Shown: positions 19,964 through 29,247 of the stretch, in pieces
Position numbering within the stretch: position 1 is the first letter of the stretch
How the letters are laid out: the number at the start of each line of letters is the position of its first letter
NCBI GenBank assembly: GCA_964625855.1
Contig: CAZVFC010000013.1
Location: forward strand, 130,671 to 194,670
Length of the DNA: 64,000 nt
Reading direction: 5' to 3'
Source: an uncultured Verrucomicrobiota bacterium
GTDB taxonomy: Bacteria > Verrucomicrobiota > Verrucomicrobiia > Limisphaerales > UBA8199
Program-made: the position numbers and the translations under genes
Notes under the pieces: model-generated
The model's input: only the letters and a program-made list of their open reading frames with translations
Told to the model about the DNA's origin: nothing
Database searches by the model: none

Positions 19964-20147
19964 AATTTCGTTGTTTCCATTCGGTAAAGCCTATACGGCT
20001 GGCAGCTTGAATACGCACAGGCTGCTGCCTCGCCTCGGAGACATCATGCGACCAAAGCGCTGCCAGCGTCAACGCGATTCCGTCGCGGCTCCCCAGACCA
20101 CTGGAAACATCCTTTCGCCGCTGGCAGTTCTCGTTCATTCTCCGGGT

Positions 20148-21002
20148 GTGGAACCACTATCAGCTACTGAGATCCGTCAGGTGGTGGCCGCCGCGCTCGA
20201 CGAGGACATCGGCAGCGGCGATGTCACCACGCTGGCCGCCGTGCCGGAGGCCGCCACGGCCACAGCGGTGATGCGCGCCAGGGAGCCGCTGGTGGTCGCG
20301 GGCCTGGCCCTGGCCGAAGCCGCCTTCCGCGAGCTTTCCCCGAGCACCCGCATCAATCGCACCGCCGCGGACGGCCAGCATGTCGCCCGCGACAGCGCCT
20401 TGCTGGAGCTGGCCGGCCCCGCCCGCGCCCTCCTCAGCGCCGAGCGGGTGGCCTTGAACTTCGTCCAGCGTCTGAGCGGCGTGGCCACGATCACGGCGCA
20501 GTATGTCGAGGCCGTCAAAGGCCTGCGCGCGCAGATCCTCGACACCCGCAAGACCACCCCGGGCTGGCGGCGGCTGGAGAAATACGCCGTGACCTGCGGG
20601 GGCGGCCACAACCACCGCGCCGGCCTGTTCGACATGGTTCTCATCAAGGACAACCACTTGGCGGCGTTGAAGGACGCGCGGCCCAATCCCATCGCCGCCG
20701 CCGTCGAGCGGGCACGCGCGAAATACCCGCAGCTCAAGGTCGAAGTTGAGGCCGACACGCTGGAGCAGGTCGAGCAAGCCGTCGCCGCGGGCGCGGACAT
20801 TGTCCTGCTCGACAACATGAACCTGATCCAGTTGCGGCTGGCCGTGCAGAAATGCAAAGGCCGAGCCCAAACCGAAGCCAGCGGCGGGGTGACCCTGGCC
20901 GGCGCGCGCGACATCGCCGATACCGGCGTGGACTTCATCTCGGTGGGCGCGCTGACGCACTCAGCCCGCGCCGTGGACATCGCCCTCGACTTCGAGCTAT
21001 GA
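20148..21002 (+). CDS. nadC: Nicotinate-nucleotide diphosphorylase (carboxylating)
   Basis: EDIGSGDVTT, ERVALNF, DTRKTTPG, HR.GL.D..LIKDNH, EASGG, ISVGALTH. Start re-called at GTG 20148. Confidence 0.95.
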   Translation: MEPLSATEIRQVVAAALDEDIGSGDVTTLAAVPEAATATAVMRAREPLVVAGLALAEAAFRELSPSTRINRTAADGQHVARDSALLELAGPARALLSAERVALNFVQRLSGVATITAQYVEAVKGLRAQILDTRKTTPGWRRLEKYAVTCGGGHNHRAGLFDMVLIKDNHLAALKDARPNPIAAAVERARAKYPQLKVEVEADTLEQVEQAVAAGADIVLLDNMNLIQLRLAVQKCKGRAQTEASGGVTLAGARDIADTGVDFISVGALTHSARAVDIALDFEL

Positions 21003-21015
21003 GCACAAAAGCAAC

Positions 21016-21996
21016 ATGAACCTTGACGCACAAATCCTGAATGCCCTGCGCGCAGCCGGCGACGGCACGGTCTCGGGCGCCGACCTTTCGCAGCGGCTCG
21101 GCGTGAGCCGCGCGGCCGTCTGGGCGCGCATCGAAGACCTCCGCGCCCTGGGCTATGACATCGAGGCCAGCCCCCACCGGGGCTACCGCCTGGTCAGCAC
21201 CCCGGATGTCCTCCACGCGGACGATCTGATTTCGCGCCTGGGCGCGACCAAGGTCATTGGACGCGACATCCGCGTCTTCGAGCAAACCACCTCCACCAAC
21301 GACGTAATCGAGAAGCTCGCCCGGGATGGCGTCAAAGAGGGCGTGGTCGTCTTCGCCGAATCCCAGACCAAAGGCCGGGGGCGGCTGGGGCGGAAATGGC
21401 TGTCACCCGCGCGAGGGGGGCTTTGGCTCTCCGTGCTCCTCCGGCCGGACCTGCACCCGCAGGAAACCACCCAGCTCACGGTGGCCTCGGCCACGGCGCT
21501 GCGCCGCGCCATCGAGCTGCAGACCGGCCTGAAGGCCGAGATCAAGTGGCCCAATGACATTCTGGTGGGCGGAAGGAAAGTCGCCGGCATCCTCACCGAG
21601 TTGAGCGCCGAGCTGGACCGGGTCAAGCACGTGATCCTGGGCATCGGCGTGAATGTGAATCTCAGCGCGGGCGACTTCCCGTCCGAACTGCGCCGTCTGG
21701 CAACATCGCTCAAGGCGGAACTGGGCAAGCCGGTAGCGCGACCGGAACTCGCCGTGGCCATACTGCACGAGCTGGACCTTGATTATGCGCGCATTGCCTC
21801 CGGCCAGTTCGCCGCGGTGGCGAGCGAGTGGGAGGAGCATGGCACCACGATCGGTCAGCCTGTCATTATCCGCACCGGCAACCGCCAAATCCGCGGCCGC
21901 GCCGAATCGCTGGGCGAGGACGGCGCGCTGCTGTTGCGCACCGACCACGGCCACCTGGAGCGGATCATCGGGGGCGATGTGACTCTGGAGAAATGA
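21016..21996 (+). CDS. birA: Bifunctional biotin operon repressor / biotin-[ACC] ligase
   Basis: N-terminal HTH (SG..LS..LGVSR.AVW), STND, Q.KGRGRLGR.W, KWPND, K.AGIL. Confidence 0.95.
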   Translation: MNLDAQILNALRAAGDGTVSGADLSQRLGVSRAAVWARIEDLRALGYDIEASPHRGYRLVSTPDVLHADDLISRLGATKVIGRDIRVFEQTTSTNDVIEKLARDGVKEGVVVFAESQTKGRGRLGRKWLSPARGGLWLSVLLRPDLHPQETTQLTVASATALRRAIELQTGLKAEIKWPNDILVGGRKVAGILTELSAELDRVKHVILGIGVNVNLSAGDFPSELRRLATSLKAELGKPVARPELAVAILHELDLDYARIASGQFAAVASEWEEHGTTIGQPVIIRTGNRQIRGRAESLGEDGALLLRTDHGHLERIIGGDVTLEK

Positions 21997-22754
21997 TCCT
22001 GCTCTTCGACATCGGCAATACCAACACCCACCTGGGACTGGCAAGTGCCCGGCGGGTGGTTAAACAAGCGAACATCCCCACGGCGGCCTGGTTTAATGGG
22101 GCGCCCAGGAAAGCTCTCCTCAGCTTCGTTGGCCGCGCGCGCTTGAACGGCGCGGCCCTGTGCAGCGTGGTGCCGCGGGCTACGCCTTTCGCTCACGGCG
22201 CCGTTGAACATCTCTGGCACCTGCCCTGCCTTGAGCTGACACCCAAGACCCTGCGCGGCGTCGGGATCAATTACCCGCGGCCCCAGACCATCGGCCCCGA
22301 CCGGCTCGCCAATGCCGTCGCCGCACGCCACCACTTCGGCGCGCCCTCCGTCGTCGTGGATTTCGGCACCGCCGTCACGTTCGACGTGGTGGACGGCGCG
22401 GGGGACTACGTGGGCGGGATCATCGCCCCCGGTCTCGCGGCCATGACCGATTACCTGCATGAGAAGACCGCCCTGCTGCCCCGCATCCGTATTCGCGAGG
22501 TCCGCAGCGTGATCGGCAAGAGCACCGAGCAGGCGATGCTCGTGGGGGCCGTGCACGGCTATCGCGGCCTGATCCTGGAACTGATACGGGAGCTTAAGAA
22601 CGAGCTTAAGACGCGTCGGCTGCCCGTGGTGGCAACGGGCGGCTACGCGGAACTGATCGGCTCCAGGCTCAGCGCCATTACCGCCGTGGAGCCTCTCCTG
22701 ACCCTCGAAGGGCTCCGGCTGGTCTGGCACGCCGCACACTCGGCGCATTCCTGA
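21993..22754 (+). CDS. coaX: Type III pantothenate kinase
   Basis: FDIGNTN, G.DR, VVDFGTA.T, GG.I.PG, ATGG. ATGA overlap with birA. Confidence 0.93.
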   Translation: MILLFDIGNTNTHLGLASARRVVKQANIPTAAWFNGAPRKALLSFVGRARLNGAALCSVVPRATPFAHGAVEHLWHLPCLELTPKTLRGVGINYPRPQTIGPDRLANAVAARHHFGAPSVVVDFGTAVTFDVVDGAGDYVGGIIAPGLAAMTDYLHEKTALLPRIRIREVRSVIGKSTEQAMLVGAVHGYRGLILELIRELKNELKTRRLPVVATGGYAELIGSRLSAITAVEPLLTLEGLRLVWHAAHSAHS

Positions 22755-22911
22755 CGACTTCCCAAGCCAACGATGCGCCCCGCCCCGGCGCAACCCGGGA
22801 GCCGGAATGCCCATGACGCCGCTCTCGCACGGCACAGGCGATCAACCCGGGCAGCAAGCCATTTGATTTGACACCGTCCCAATCAACACCGCTGGCAGTG
22901 CACAGGCGAGT

Positions 22912-22955
22912 CTCACCGGATACTCGCCGGATACAAACCGGATACTCACCGTAGA
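22912..22955 (+). repeat. 11-mer tandem array (CTCACCGGATA-type, 4 units)
   Basis: CTCACCGGATA CTCGCCGGATA CAAACCGGATA CTCACCGTAGA. Confidence 0.75.
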
Positions 22956-23127
22956 TAACATTTGGACCCGCTTGATACAAACCGTTACCTTGCAAAGACT
23001 TAGCGCCACTTAGTTTCGGTTAGGCGAGACAGAAGTCCTGCCTGCCCGGGTCTTCCGGGTCATCGGCGATGCCCGCTGGAAGACCGCTGCCGACCAGCCT
23101 TGGCAGACGGTCAAAACAGGAAGGCAT

Positions 23128-23178
23128 GGCTGGAAGTTGCAGCTTGCGGCCCAGCGCGGGCTGGAATCGGGCACCACG
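23128..23178 (+). repeat. Displaced copy of trpA-region sequence
   Basis: 23146-23174 is identical (29/29) to 42956-42984 inside trpA. 23128-23140 is identical (13/13) to 42691-42703 upstream of trpA. Confidence 0.85.
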
Positions 23179-23366
23179 GCAGATTCTGCCAAGGCACACC
23201 CCAGGGCAGGTTGTTGACACGCAGGAGCTTCCGAATTGGCTGTTAGCCCGACTTGAAACTTTAGACTCAACACTCCAACCTTCCTCCTCCGCCTCTCATC
23301 CTTTTGCTTCCACCTCCAGCGCGATTGGTTTACGATCCGGCCAGAAAGACGGTATGAGCGTACGCG

Positions 23367-23484
23367 ATGGGCAACACCTCTGCACCAGGCAAGAGCGAAT
23401 TGGCGTGTTCCGTGACACCTTCCTCACCGAAGGCGTTGCAGATTCTGCGCGAGAAGCTCGAATTCCTGCTGGTTGAAGAAGCGG
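23367..23484 (+). pseudogene. Short ORF fragment (ALQILREKLEFLLVEEA), cut at the methyltransferase junction
   Basis: ATG 23367, coiled-coil-like segment, runs into the MTase remnant out of frame and stops at 23501. Family identity uncertain. Confidence 0.3.
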
Positions 23485-24033
23485 TCTTCCATGAAGGATG
23501 ATCCCGTTTACACCCCGAGCGACTGCTTCGAAACCTTCCCGTTCCCGGCGGGATGGGAGACAAACGCGGCGCTGGAGGCGTCGGGTCGTGAGTATTACGA
23601 GTTCCGCGCGGCCCTCATGGTTCGCAACGACGAGGGCCTTACCAAGACCTACAACCGCTTCCACGACCCTGAAGAATCCTCGCCGGACATCCTCAAGCTC
23701 CGCGAGTTGCACGCAAAGGTGGATGCCGCCGTCCTCGCCGCCTACGGCTGGACCGACCTGGACACCGCATGCGATTTCATTCTCGACTACGAAGAGGATG
23801 ACGCCGCCGGAGAATCCTCCGCCCGCAAGAAGAAGAAACCCTGGCGCTACCGCTGGTCCGACGAAACCCGCGACGAAGTCCTCGCCCGTCTCTTGAAACT
23901 GAACGCTGAGCGCGCGCAGGGGGAGAAGCTCTCCGGCCAGGCCGACACTAGACGCGCCGTCGGCAGTGCCGTCAGTAGAAGGCTCAACAAGAAAGCTCGC
24001 ATGGCATCCGACAATACCCAGACGCTGCTTTAG
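23485..24033 (+). pseudogene. drmMI: C-terminal remnant of a DISARM class 1 adenine methyltransferase (DrmMI-like), copy 1
   Basis: YTPSDCFETFPFP, GLTKTYNRFHDP, LRELH..VD.AV..AYGW, R.RW.DE.RDEVLARLL.LN.ERA. The catalytic N-terminal part is absent. Confidence 0.75.
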
Positions 24034-24075
24034 GCAATACCTGAATCTAGGAGCGCAAGACGTTAAAAGCAAAAC

Positions 24076-27000
24076 ATGAATATCATTACCGCCAATCCGG
24101 ACGAGTGGCGTACCCCAGGTCGGCGCGTCGCCAGGTATGCAGGGCCGGATTGGCTGGCCGGTATCAGTGAGGCATGCGTTTCGGCGTCGAAAGTCCCAAA
24201 GCGGTATTACACCATTGACTTGAGTAACTTGGATTTCGTCACGCTCTCAGCGTGGGTAGGCATGGTGGCTTTTCTGGAGCGCTTGGCGGCAAATCCGCTA
24301 ACCACAAGTGTTGGGATTGACCTCAAAGGCCACAGCGAGCTTCGGTTGCTGTCACCTTCCGAGTTCATCGACGCCGAAGCACACGCTGGCGAAGGTGAAG
24401 ATCGGCCATCTCGAGGTCCAGAGTTCCTGCAGGCTAGGAGAATGTACCAGATCAGTGGATTTATCGAATCCTTGGGGACTCGGACAGTACTCAACATCCC
24501 TGGGCGCGGCGACCGGATCAGCTACATTTGGCTGGGCGAAAAGGGGGCTCGACTCAAAGCCTTTGCCACCCGGCCCGGTGGAAAACACACGGTCGTCATG
24601 CCGCTCATGCGCATTGAGACAAAGGCACACTGTAAGCAGTTCCTCGAACCAGAAAAGATTCTAAACTGGCGTGAGGCGATGGGGGACAAATTCCGCACCT
24701 CACCGCTCTTCGAGTCGGAGGAGGTTTGGAGAATCTTCTGTCACGAACTTTCTGTGAATATATTCGAGCACGCTGGTTCGGCAGGCTTCCTTGCCGCCCG
24801 GGTTGTCGACAGGGAAGGTCTGACACAGTCCTGGTGTGAGATGTCGTATTCCTCTCAAATCCGCGAGCTATTCCCTCTGATGTCATCCGGCTTTCTGGAA
24901 CTCTGTATAAGCGATGGGGGCCAAGGATTTGCTGCTACATTGGAACGGGCCTACCGCAAGCAAGTGGGCCTGAAGACGAACGATCCTGCCCGGCCACAGG
25001 ACATCTTGCAGTTTGCGTTCGACGAAGTTGGCACATGTAAGAAGGAGAACGAATGCTGGGCTACTGAGCGGCATGCGCTGGGGCGCATTCTGCAAATAGT
25101 CGCGAAGTACGGCGGGGCATTAGCGCTTCGATCTAGTGGCGCGGAAGTCGTTTACGTCAGTCATGGCGGACCATTTGAGCGACGGCCCAATCATCTCGGA
25201 TACCGCGCACAAACCGATCGCTTGTGCTCGAAATTGCAGGGTTCTGACCTGCAAGTTATTTTGCCATTGGTCCCATTTGTCCGTGAAGCGAAGGAAGATT
25301 GGCGCCGGTCTATCCTCATTTCTTCGCTACCAACTGGATTTCATGCCGACCCCACTCACGTACGAGGGCACCTGGTTCCGCTTTTGGAGGTCCTCGATTC
25401 ACAGGATGCTTGTGTAGGACCTGAAGAACTGCGAGCGTTCCGAAAACGATGCGAAGCCCTTGCAACAAGGGTGATTGAGGAACGCCCACCGCTAGAGCCA
25501 ATTATCCTCGACTTCAGCAGCCTTAACTGGACACCTGCTCAGTTCGAGACCCTGCTCCATCTGCTGCAAAACGTGCTTCAGAATCGACCCGTGCTCCTTG
25601 TCGAAATTGAGCACAATCTTGTGCGCGAGGTGGTGGAAATGGAGAAGTCGGCGCCAACACAACTCGCGCCAGAAGTGGCGGACAGAACCCCTAGCGTAAC
25701 CGGTCGCGCTTTCGCGGAGCTTTCCGAAACCAGTTTTCTCGAGACATACCATCGTGTTCACGCAACCGTCCTCGGCCTCGACATCCACGGAAAGCCCCAT
25801 GTGCTCGGCCTGAAGCATCGCTGGTGCGAACCCCTTTTGCTCTCCTTGATCGAAAAACCGCAAACCTTGGAGAGTCTCTGCACGGGACAGCCGCCAGACA
25901 ACGAACGCGCGCTCCGCGCCATTTTCAACAATATGAACCCGTTGTTCTGCGTAGAGGAGGACGGACGCTGGCGTACCGTCTGGGACAAGCACGCGATAGA
26001 CATTGAAGCCCGAAGGGTTATGACGCGGCACTTCGATGTGATCGCTGACCACTGCCAAGCCTGGCGTGGCCGCGTTAACCACTACGCGAAGGCAGCGTCG
26101 GAAATCACAGGAGAGCCGGAGATTCTCAGGGACAAGTACCAGATGACGTTCAACCTGCCCTGGCAGAAGGAGTGGGTTTGTGAGTTTTTCGAAAGTTCAC
26201 GCATTCTCTCGCGCCAACGGTACGCCGACGAGGCCGCACAGAGATTAATCTTCCGTCTGGAGAGAGGGCTGCGGCTCGACGGCAAGACATTGGAAGATGT
26301 GCACGTCCTTGCGTGCGTGACGGCGCCCGCAATCCTGCTTGCGACAGCGCTGCACCGGTGGTGGCCGAACGAAAAGCGACCGGCCATCGCTGACCTGGGA
26401 CACTACCTCATGCTGAACCCAGACGGCCCCCTCCCTGCGATCGCGAGTTTCAGCGGCATCGTCGTCGTCCAGGACGTCTTGGACAGGCGCAACATTTCAA
26501 ATCGGCTGGTTGGGAAACTCCGTGAGCAGAAAAAGGAGGTGCTCTGCGTTCTCAGCTTGGCTCGCCTCGTTGACGCACAGGAGCCTGTCGGCGTGACACC
26601 CATTGATGAAGGCTGGCAACAAACGATACACGACCCGCCAGGCCTCAAAAGCCACGCCCTCGTCAACCTCCTCCGCCCGCAGCGGTGTCCCCCGAGTGAC
26701 CATAACGACCCGCGGGCGCACTGGGTTGAGCCGAGGACGCTTCGCCCATTCCGCTACAGCACACTCCGGCGGGAGGTGCAAGCCAAAGGCACTCCTCGCG
26801 AGCGTCTGCGCCCGTTCTTTACCCCAAAGCAAAGAGGGATTATCTGCGCGGGTCACTACGTTTACGGCGAACGGCACTTCAGGGTAGCGCTCGACATCAA
26901 AGCGGCCCTGGACGGTGAAATAGGCGGCGAACTGGCGGCTTGGCTGGCAGATGTCTGCCAGGGGGTCTCACCCCGATCGGCCGAATGGGAGAGCCACCGA

Positions 27001-29247
27001 GGGAAAAGCCTGCCGGGGGATGTTACCGCAGTCTTGATGCCTCTGCACAGTCAGATCCACTACCTTTGGCCCCGCGTTGAGAGGCTCCTCGCGCAACGCG
27101 GACGCCGGCAGATGATGTGGGTGCTTGACGCCACCCTGTTCCTCGGCCACGGACCGGCCTACCGCCTTCCGCTCCAATTCCTCGAGCAAATCAGACTCGT
27201 GATGCGGTCACTAATCGAGGCAAAGCGTTTTCGAAAGCCAGCAGGCGGCTCGGCAATACGAATTCTCATCCTTGATGATTCCATCTTCTCCGCGCGAACA
27301 ACCGAGACGATCCTGGCCGAGATAGACCGTGCTGTCTCCAAAGCGTGCGAAGCGGCCGGCGCTGCAGGGGAAGGGATTAGCCCAATTCAGTGGATAAGGT
27401 ACGTAGCCGTATTCAACCAAATGAGCCACGCAAAGTATCTCCACTGGAAGAACCTGAACTACGTTGGCTCTATACGCACCGTTCCGTTCGTATTCGACGC
27501 CTACCGATCCATTTTAGGCGGCCCAACATTCGAAGAGGAGAACTGCCCGTGCTGCGCGGATGCAAGACGGCTGGAGAGACTGGTCGCTGCAGCAAAACGT
27601 CACTCGACAGACCTCGCAGGCGCGTGGGCGGAGCAGCAAGGGGAGAGCCTCCAACCCATCGCCATCGACAGCCCGGGGTTTCAAAAGAATCCTCCCGTTG
27701 ACCTCCCACGGCCGATCGACCTTCTTGGTCGCAAACACGCCCCGGTCATGCCTGACCAGTACCAACTCTGGAACGCTGATGAAGCCATTCTGCGCTTCTA
27801 TGAGTTGATGTACATGTCCTATCCACCAAGTGACGTCCTGCGTTCGCTAAGTGCTCCCAATGCATGGGCAGCGTCCGGAGATGGTCCACAAGTCGCAGCC
27901 GAGTACGCGCGGTTCCGCTGGGGCGTTCTTGAGTGGTGTCTGCGAAACTGGCCAAGGCTGGTAGCCGATTCCGCCCGAGATCTCTTCTTTGAATGCGTCC
28001 GCGCGGAAGTAGGGGCGGAAAGCACCATCGCCGAAGCTCTGTTTGAGGGGATGTCCCGCCAACGGAACGACGAAGAGGTAAAGGCTTTCATTGTCGAGGC
28101 GTTGCAGACGCTTGCCCGCTTGGAGACGCAGAAGCCCCGCCACGGGTCCGATTCGTCGCGAAATGCGGGGCCGAGTCTCTTACTTCTTGAAAAGGCACTG
28201 ACGATCGTCCTGCTTAGCATTCCTCACGAAGAATTGGTCAACTTCACGCTGACCGTTAACGGAAATGCCTTGAAGATCGTTGACTTTCTGTCGCGTCTCG
28301 CATCTTCTCGAAAAGAGCGCGGTCTGAGTGTCATCGGTAACCTGCATCTATGCTTCAGCCGACCGCGCCGCGCCGACCCAGCCTGGGCACTCCAGGTGCT
28401 CGCGGAAAATCTGTTTCGAGGTCGCGATCCGGATAATGCCGTCATGTCAAGCCACCGCCTCCTGCCAAAGTTGCTTAGCGACTTAGATCTCGGCACTGCA
28501 ACTTCCGGGGATCGAAGGTTGCTCCTTAGCAGCCTAAACCTCTTCCTTGCCGCACTTGCGGACCTCGCCCGCTTCGCAGCAGGCCGTCTTCTCCCGTTTC
28601 GAGAGATTGCAGCGCTAGGCGGGAGTGTTTTGGATTGGCTGAAAACCCACCCTGAAGACGGTGCGCCACCTAGGTCGGTAACCGAATTGCTCGACGCGCT
28701 CAGCCCGGATCAGGCACCAAACCCGGGAGTCAACTTCTATGGTCCATTCAGTAAAGTCTTTCATGTGGCCGTCGGCGATCTTGAATCCCTCCTTGCCCCC
28801 GCCGTCAATAAAGCCAAGGAGATAAATCCCGACTTCACGTTCAAGTTCCAGCCGAACGACGTCCAGCGGTTCTACGTTTTGACCGTGATAGATCGCCTCT
28901 GCGGCTTTCTGACCAATTGGGCAATTGACCCTGCACAAAAACCATCTCAGCGCCGCTCCGGCCTCAAGAGCCGAATCGAAGTTCATCGTCAACCCATGCC
29001 TCTGGGAACCGACAACCTCCGCTTCCGGATTCTCACGAACTTCGAAGACCTTCAAACTACCCAGGACCGTACAATTCATGGCCCCAACCACGACCGCGAA
29101 GTCCGAACGATGGTTATGTTTGGCGCCATGCTGCCCGATCAGTGGGAAACGCCATCTGAGCCCGAACAGGCCGAACGGTTCACCGCTTGCTACGAGTTCC
29201 AGTTACCAACCGGGTTTACCCCAAAGCAGAAAAACCATGAGCTTTAA
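24076..29247 (+). CDS. 1723-aa multidomain protein: STAS-like, GHKL ATPase, STAS-like, PRTase x2, CxxC, helical region, degenerate GHKL-like end
   Basis: TIDLSNLDFVTLS (STAS), HELSVNIFEHA / ISDGGQGF / GGALALRSSG (GHKL boxes), IILDFSSL, IVVVQDVL and ILILDDSIFSART (PRPP-loop-like), GHYVYGERHF, CPCC. Confidence 0.7.
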   Translation: MNIITANPDEWRTPGRRVARYAGPDWLAGISEACVSASKVPKRYYTIDLSNLDFVTLSAWVGMVAFLERLAANPLTTSVGIDLKGHSELRLLSPSEFIDAEAHAGEGEDRPSRGPEFLQARRMYQISGFIESLGTRTVLNIPGRGDRISYIWLGEKGARLKAFATRPGGKHTVVMPLMRIETKAHCKQFLEPEKILNWREAMGDKFRTSPLFESEEVWRIFCHELSVNIFEHAGSAGFLAARVVDREGLTQSWCEMSYSSQIRELFPLMSSGFLELCISDGGQGFAATLERAYRKQVGLKTNDPARPQDILQFAFDEVGTCKKENECWATERHALGRILQIVAKYGGALALRSSGAEVVYVSHGGPFERRPNHLGYRAQTDRLCSKLQGSDLQVILPLVPFVREAKEDWRRSILISSLPTGFHADPTHVRGHLVPLLEVLDSQDACVGPEELRAFRKRCEALATRVIEERPPLEPIILDFSSLNWTPAQFETLLHLLQNVLQNRPVLLVEIEHNLVREVVEMEKSAPTQLAPEVADRTPSVTGRAFAELSETSFLETYHRVHATVLGLDIHGKPHVLGLKHRWCEPLLLSLIEKPQTLESLCTGQPPDNERALRAIFNNMNPLFCVEEDGRWRTVWDKHAIDIEARRVMTRHFDVIADHCQAWRGRVNHYAKAASEITGEPEILRDKYQMTFNLPWQKEWVCEFFESSRILSRQRYADEAAQRLIFRLERGLRLDGKTLEDVHVLACVTAPAILLATALHRWWPNEKRPAIADLGHYLMLNPDGPLPAIASFSGIVVVQDVLDRRNISNRLVGKLREQKKEVLCVLSLARLVDAQEPVGVTPIDEGWQQTIHDPPGLKSHALVNLLRPQRCPPSDHNDPRAHWVEPRTLRPFRYSTLRREVQAKGTPRERLRPFFTPKQRGIICAGHYVYGERHFRVALDIKAALDGEIGGELAAWLADVCQGVSPRSAEWESHRGKSLPGDVTAVLMPLHSQIHYLWPRVERLLAQRGRRQMMWVLDATLFLGHGPAYRLPLQFLEQIRLVMRSLIEAKRFRKPAGGSAIRILILDDSIFSARTTETILAEIDRAVSKACEAAGAAGEGISPIQWIRYVAVFNQMSHAKYLHWKNLNYVGSIRTVPFVFDAYRSILGGPTFEEENCPCCADARRLERLVAAAKRHSTDLAGAWAEQQGESLQPIAIDSPGFQKNPPVDLPRPIDLLGRKHAPVMPDQYQLWNADEAILRFYELMYMSYPPSDVLRSLSAPNAWAASGDGPQVAAEYARFRWGVLEWCLRNWPRLVADSARDLFFECVRAEVGAESTIAEALFEGMSRQRNDEEVKAFIVEALQTLARLETQKPRHGSDSSRNAGPSLLLLEKALTIVLLSIPHEELVNFTLTVNGNALKIVDFLSRLASSRKERGLSVIGNLHLCFSRPRRADPAWALQVLAENLFRGRDPDNAVMSSHRLLPKLLSDLDLGTATSGDRRLLLSSLNLFLAALADLARFAAGRLLPFREIAALGGSVLDWLKTHPEDGAPPRSVTELLDALSPDQAPNPGVNFYGPFSKVFHVAVGDLESLLAPAVNKAKEINPDFTFKFQPNDVQRFYVLTVIDRLCGFLTNWAIDPAQKPSQRRSGLKSRIEVHRQPMPLGTDNLRFRILTNFEDLQTTQDRTIHGPNHDREVRTMVMFGAMLPDQWETPSEPEQAERFTACYEFQLPTGFTPKQKNHEL

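Noticed and set aside
22754-23480. tRNA or integrase at the island edge
   Set aside because: No cloverleaf or T-loop consensus and no recombinase motifs recognised; the ORFs here look spurious.
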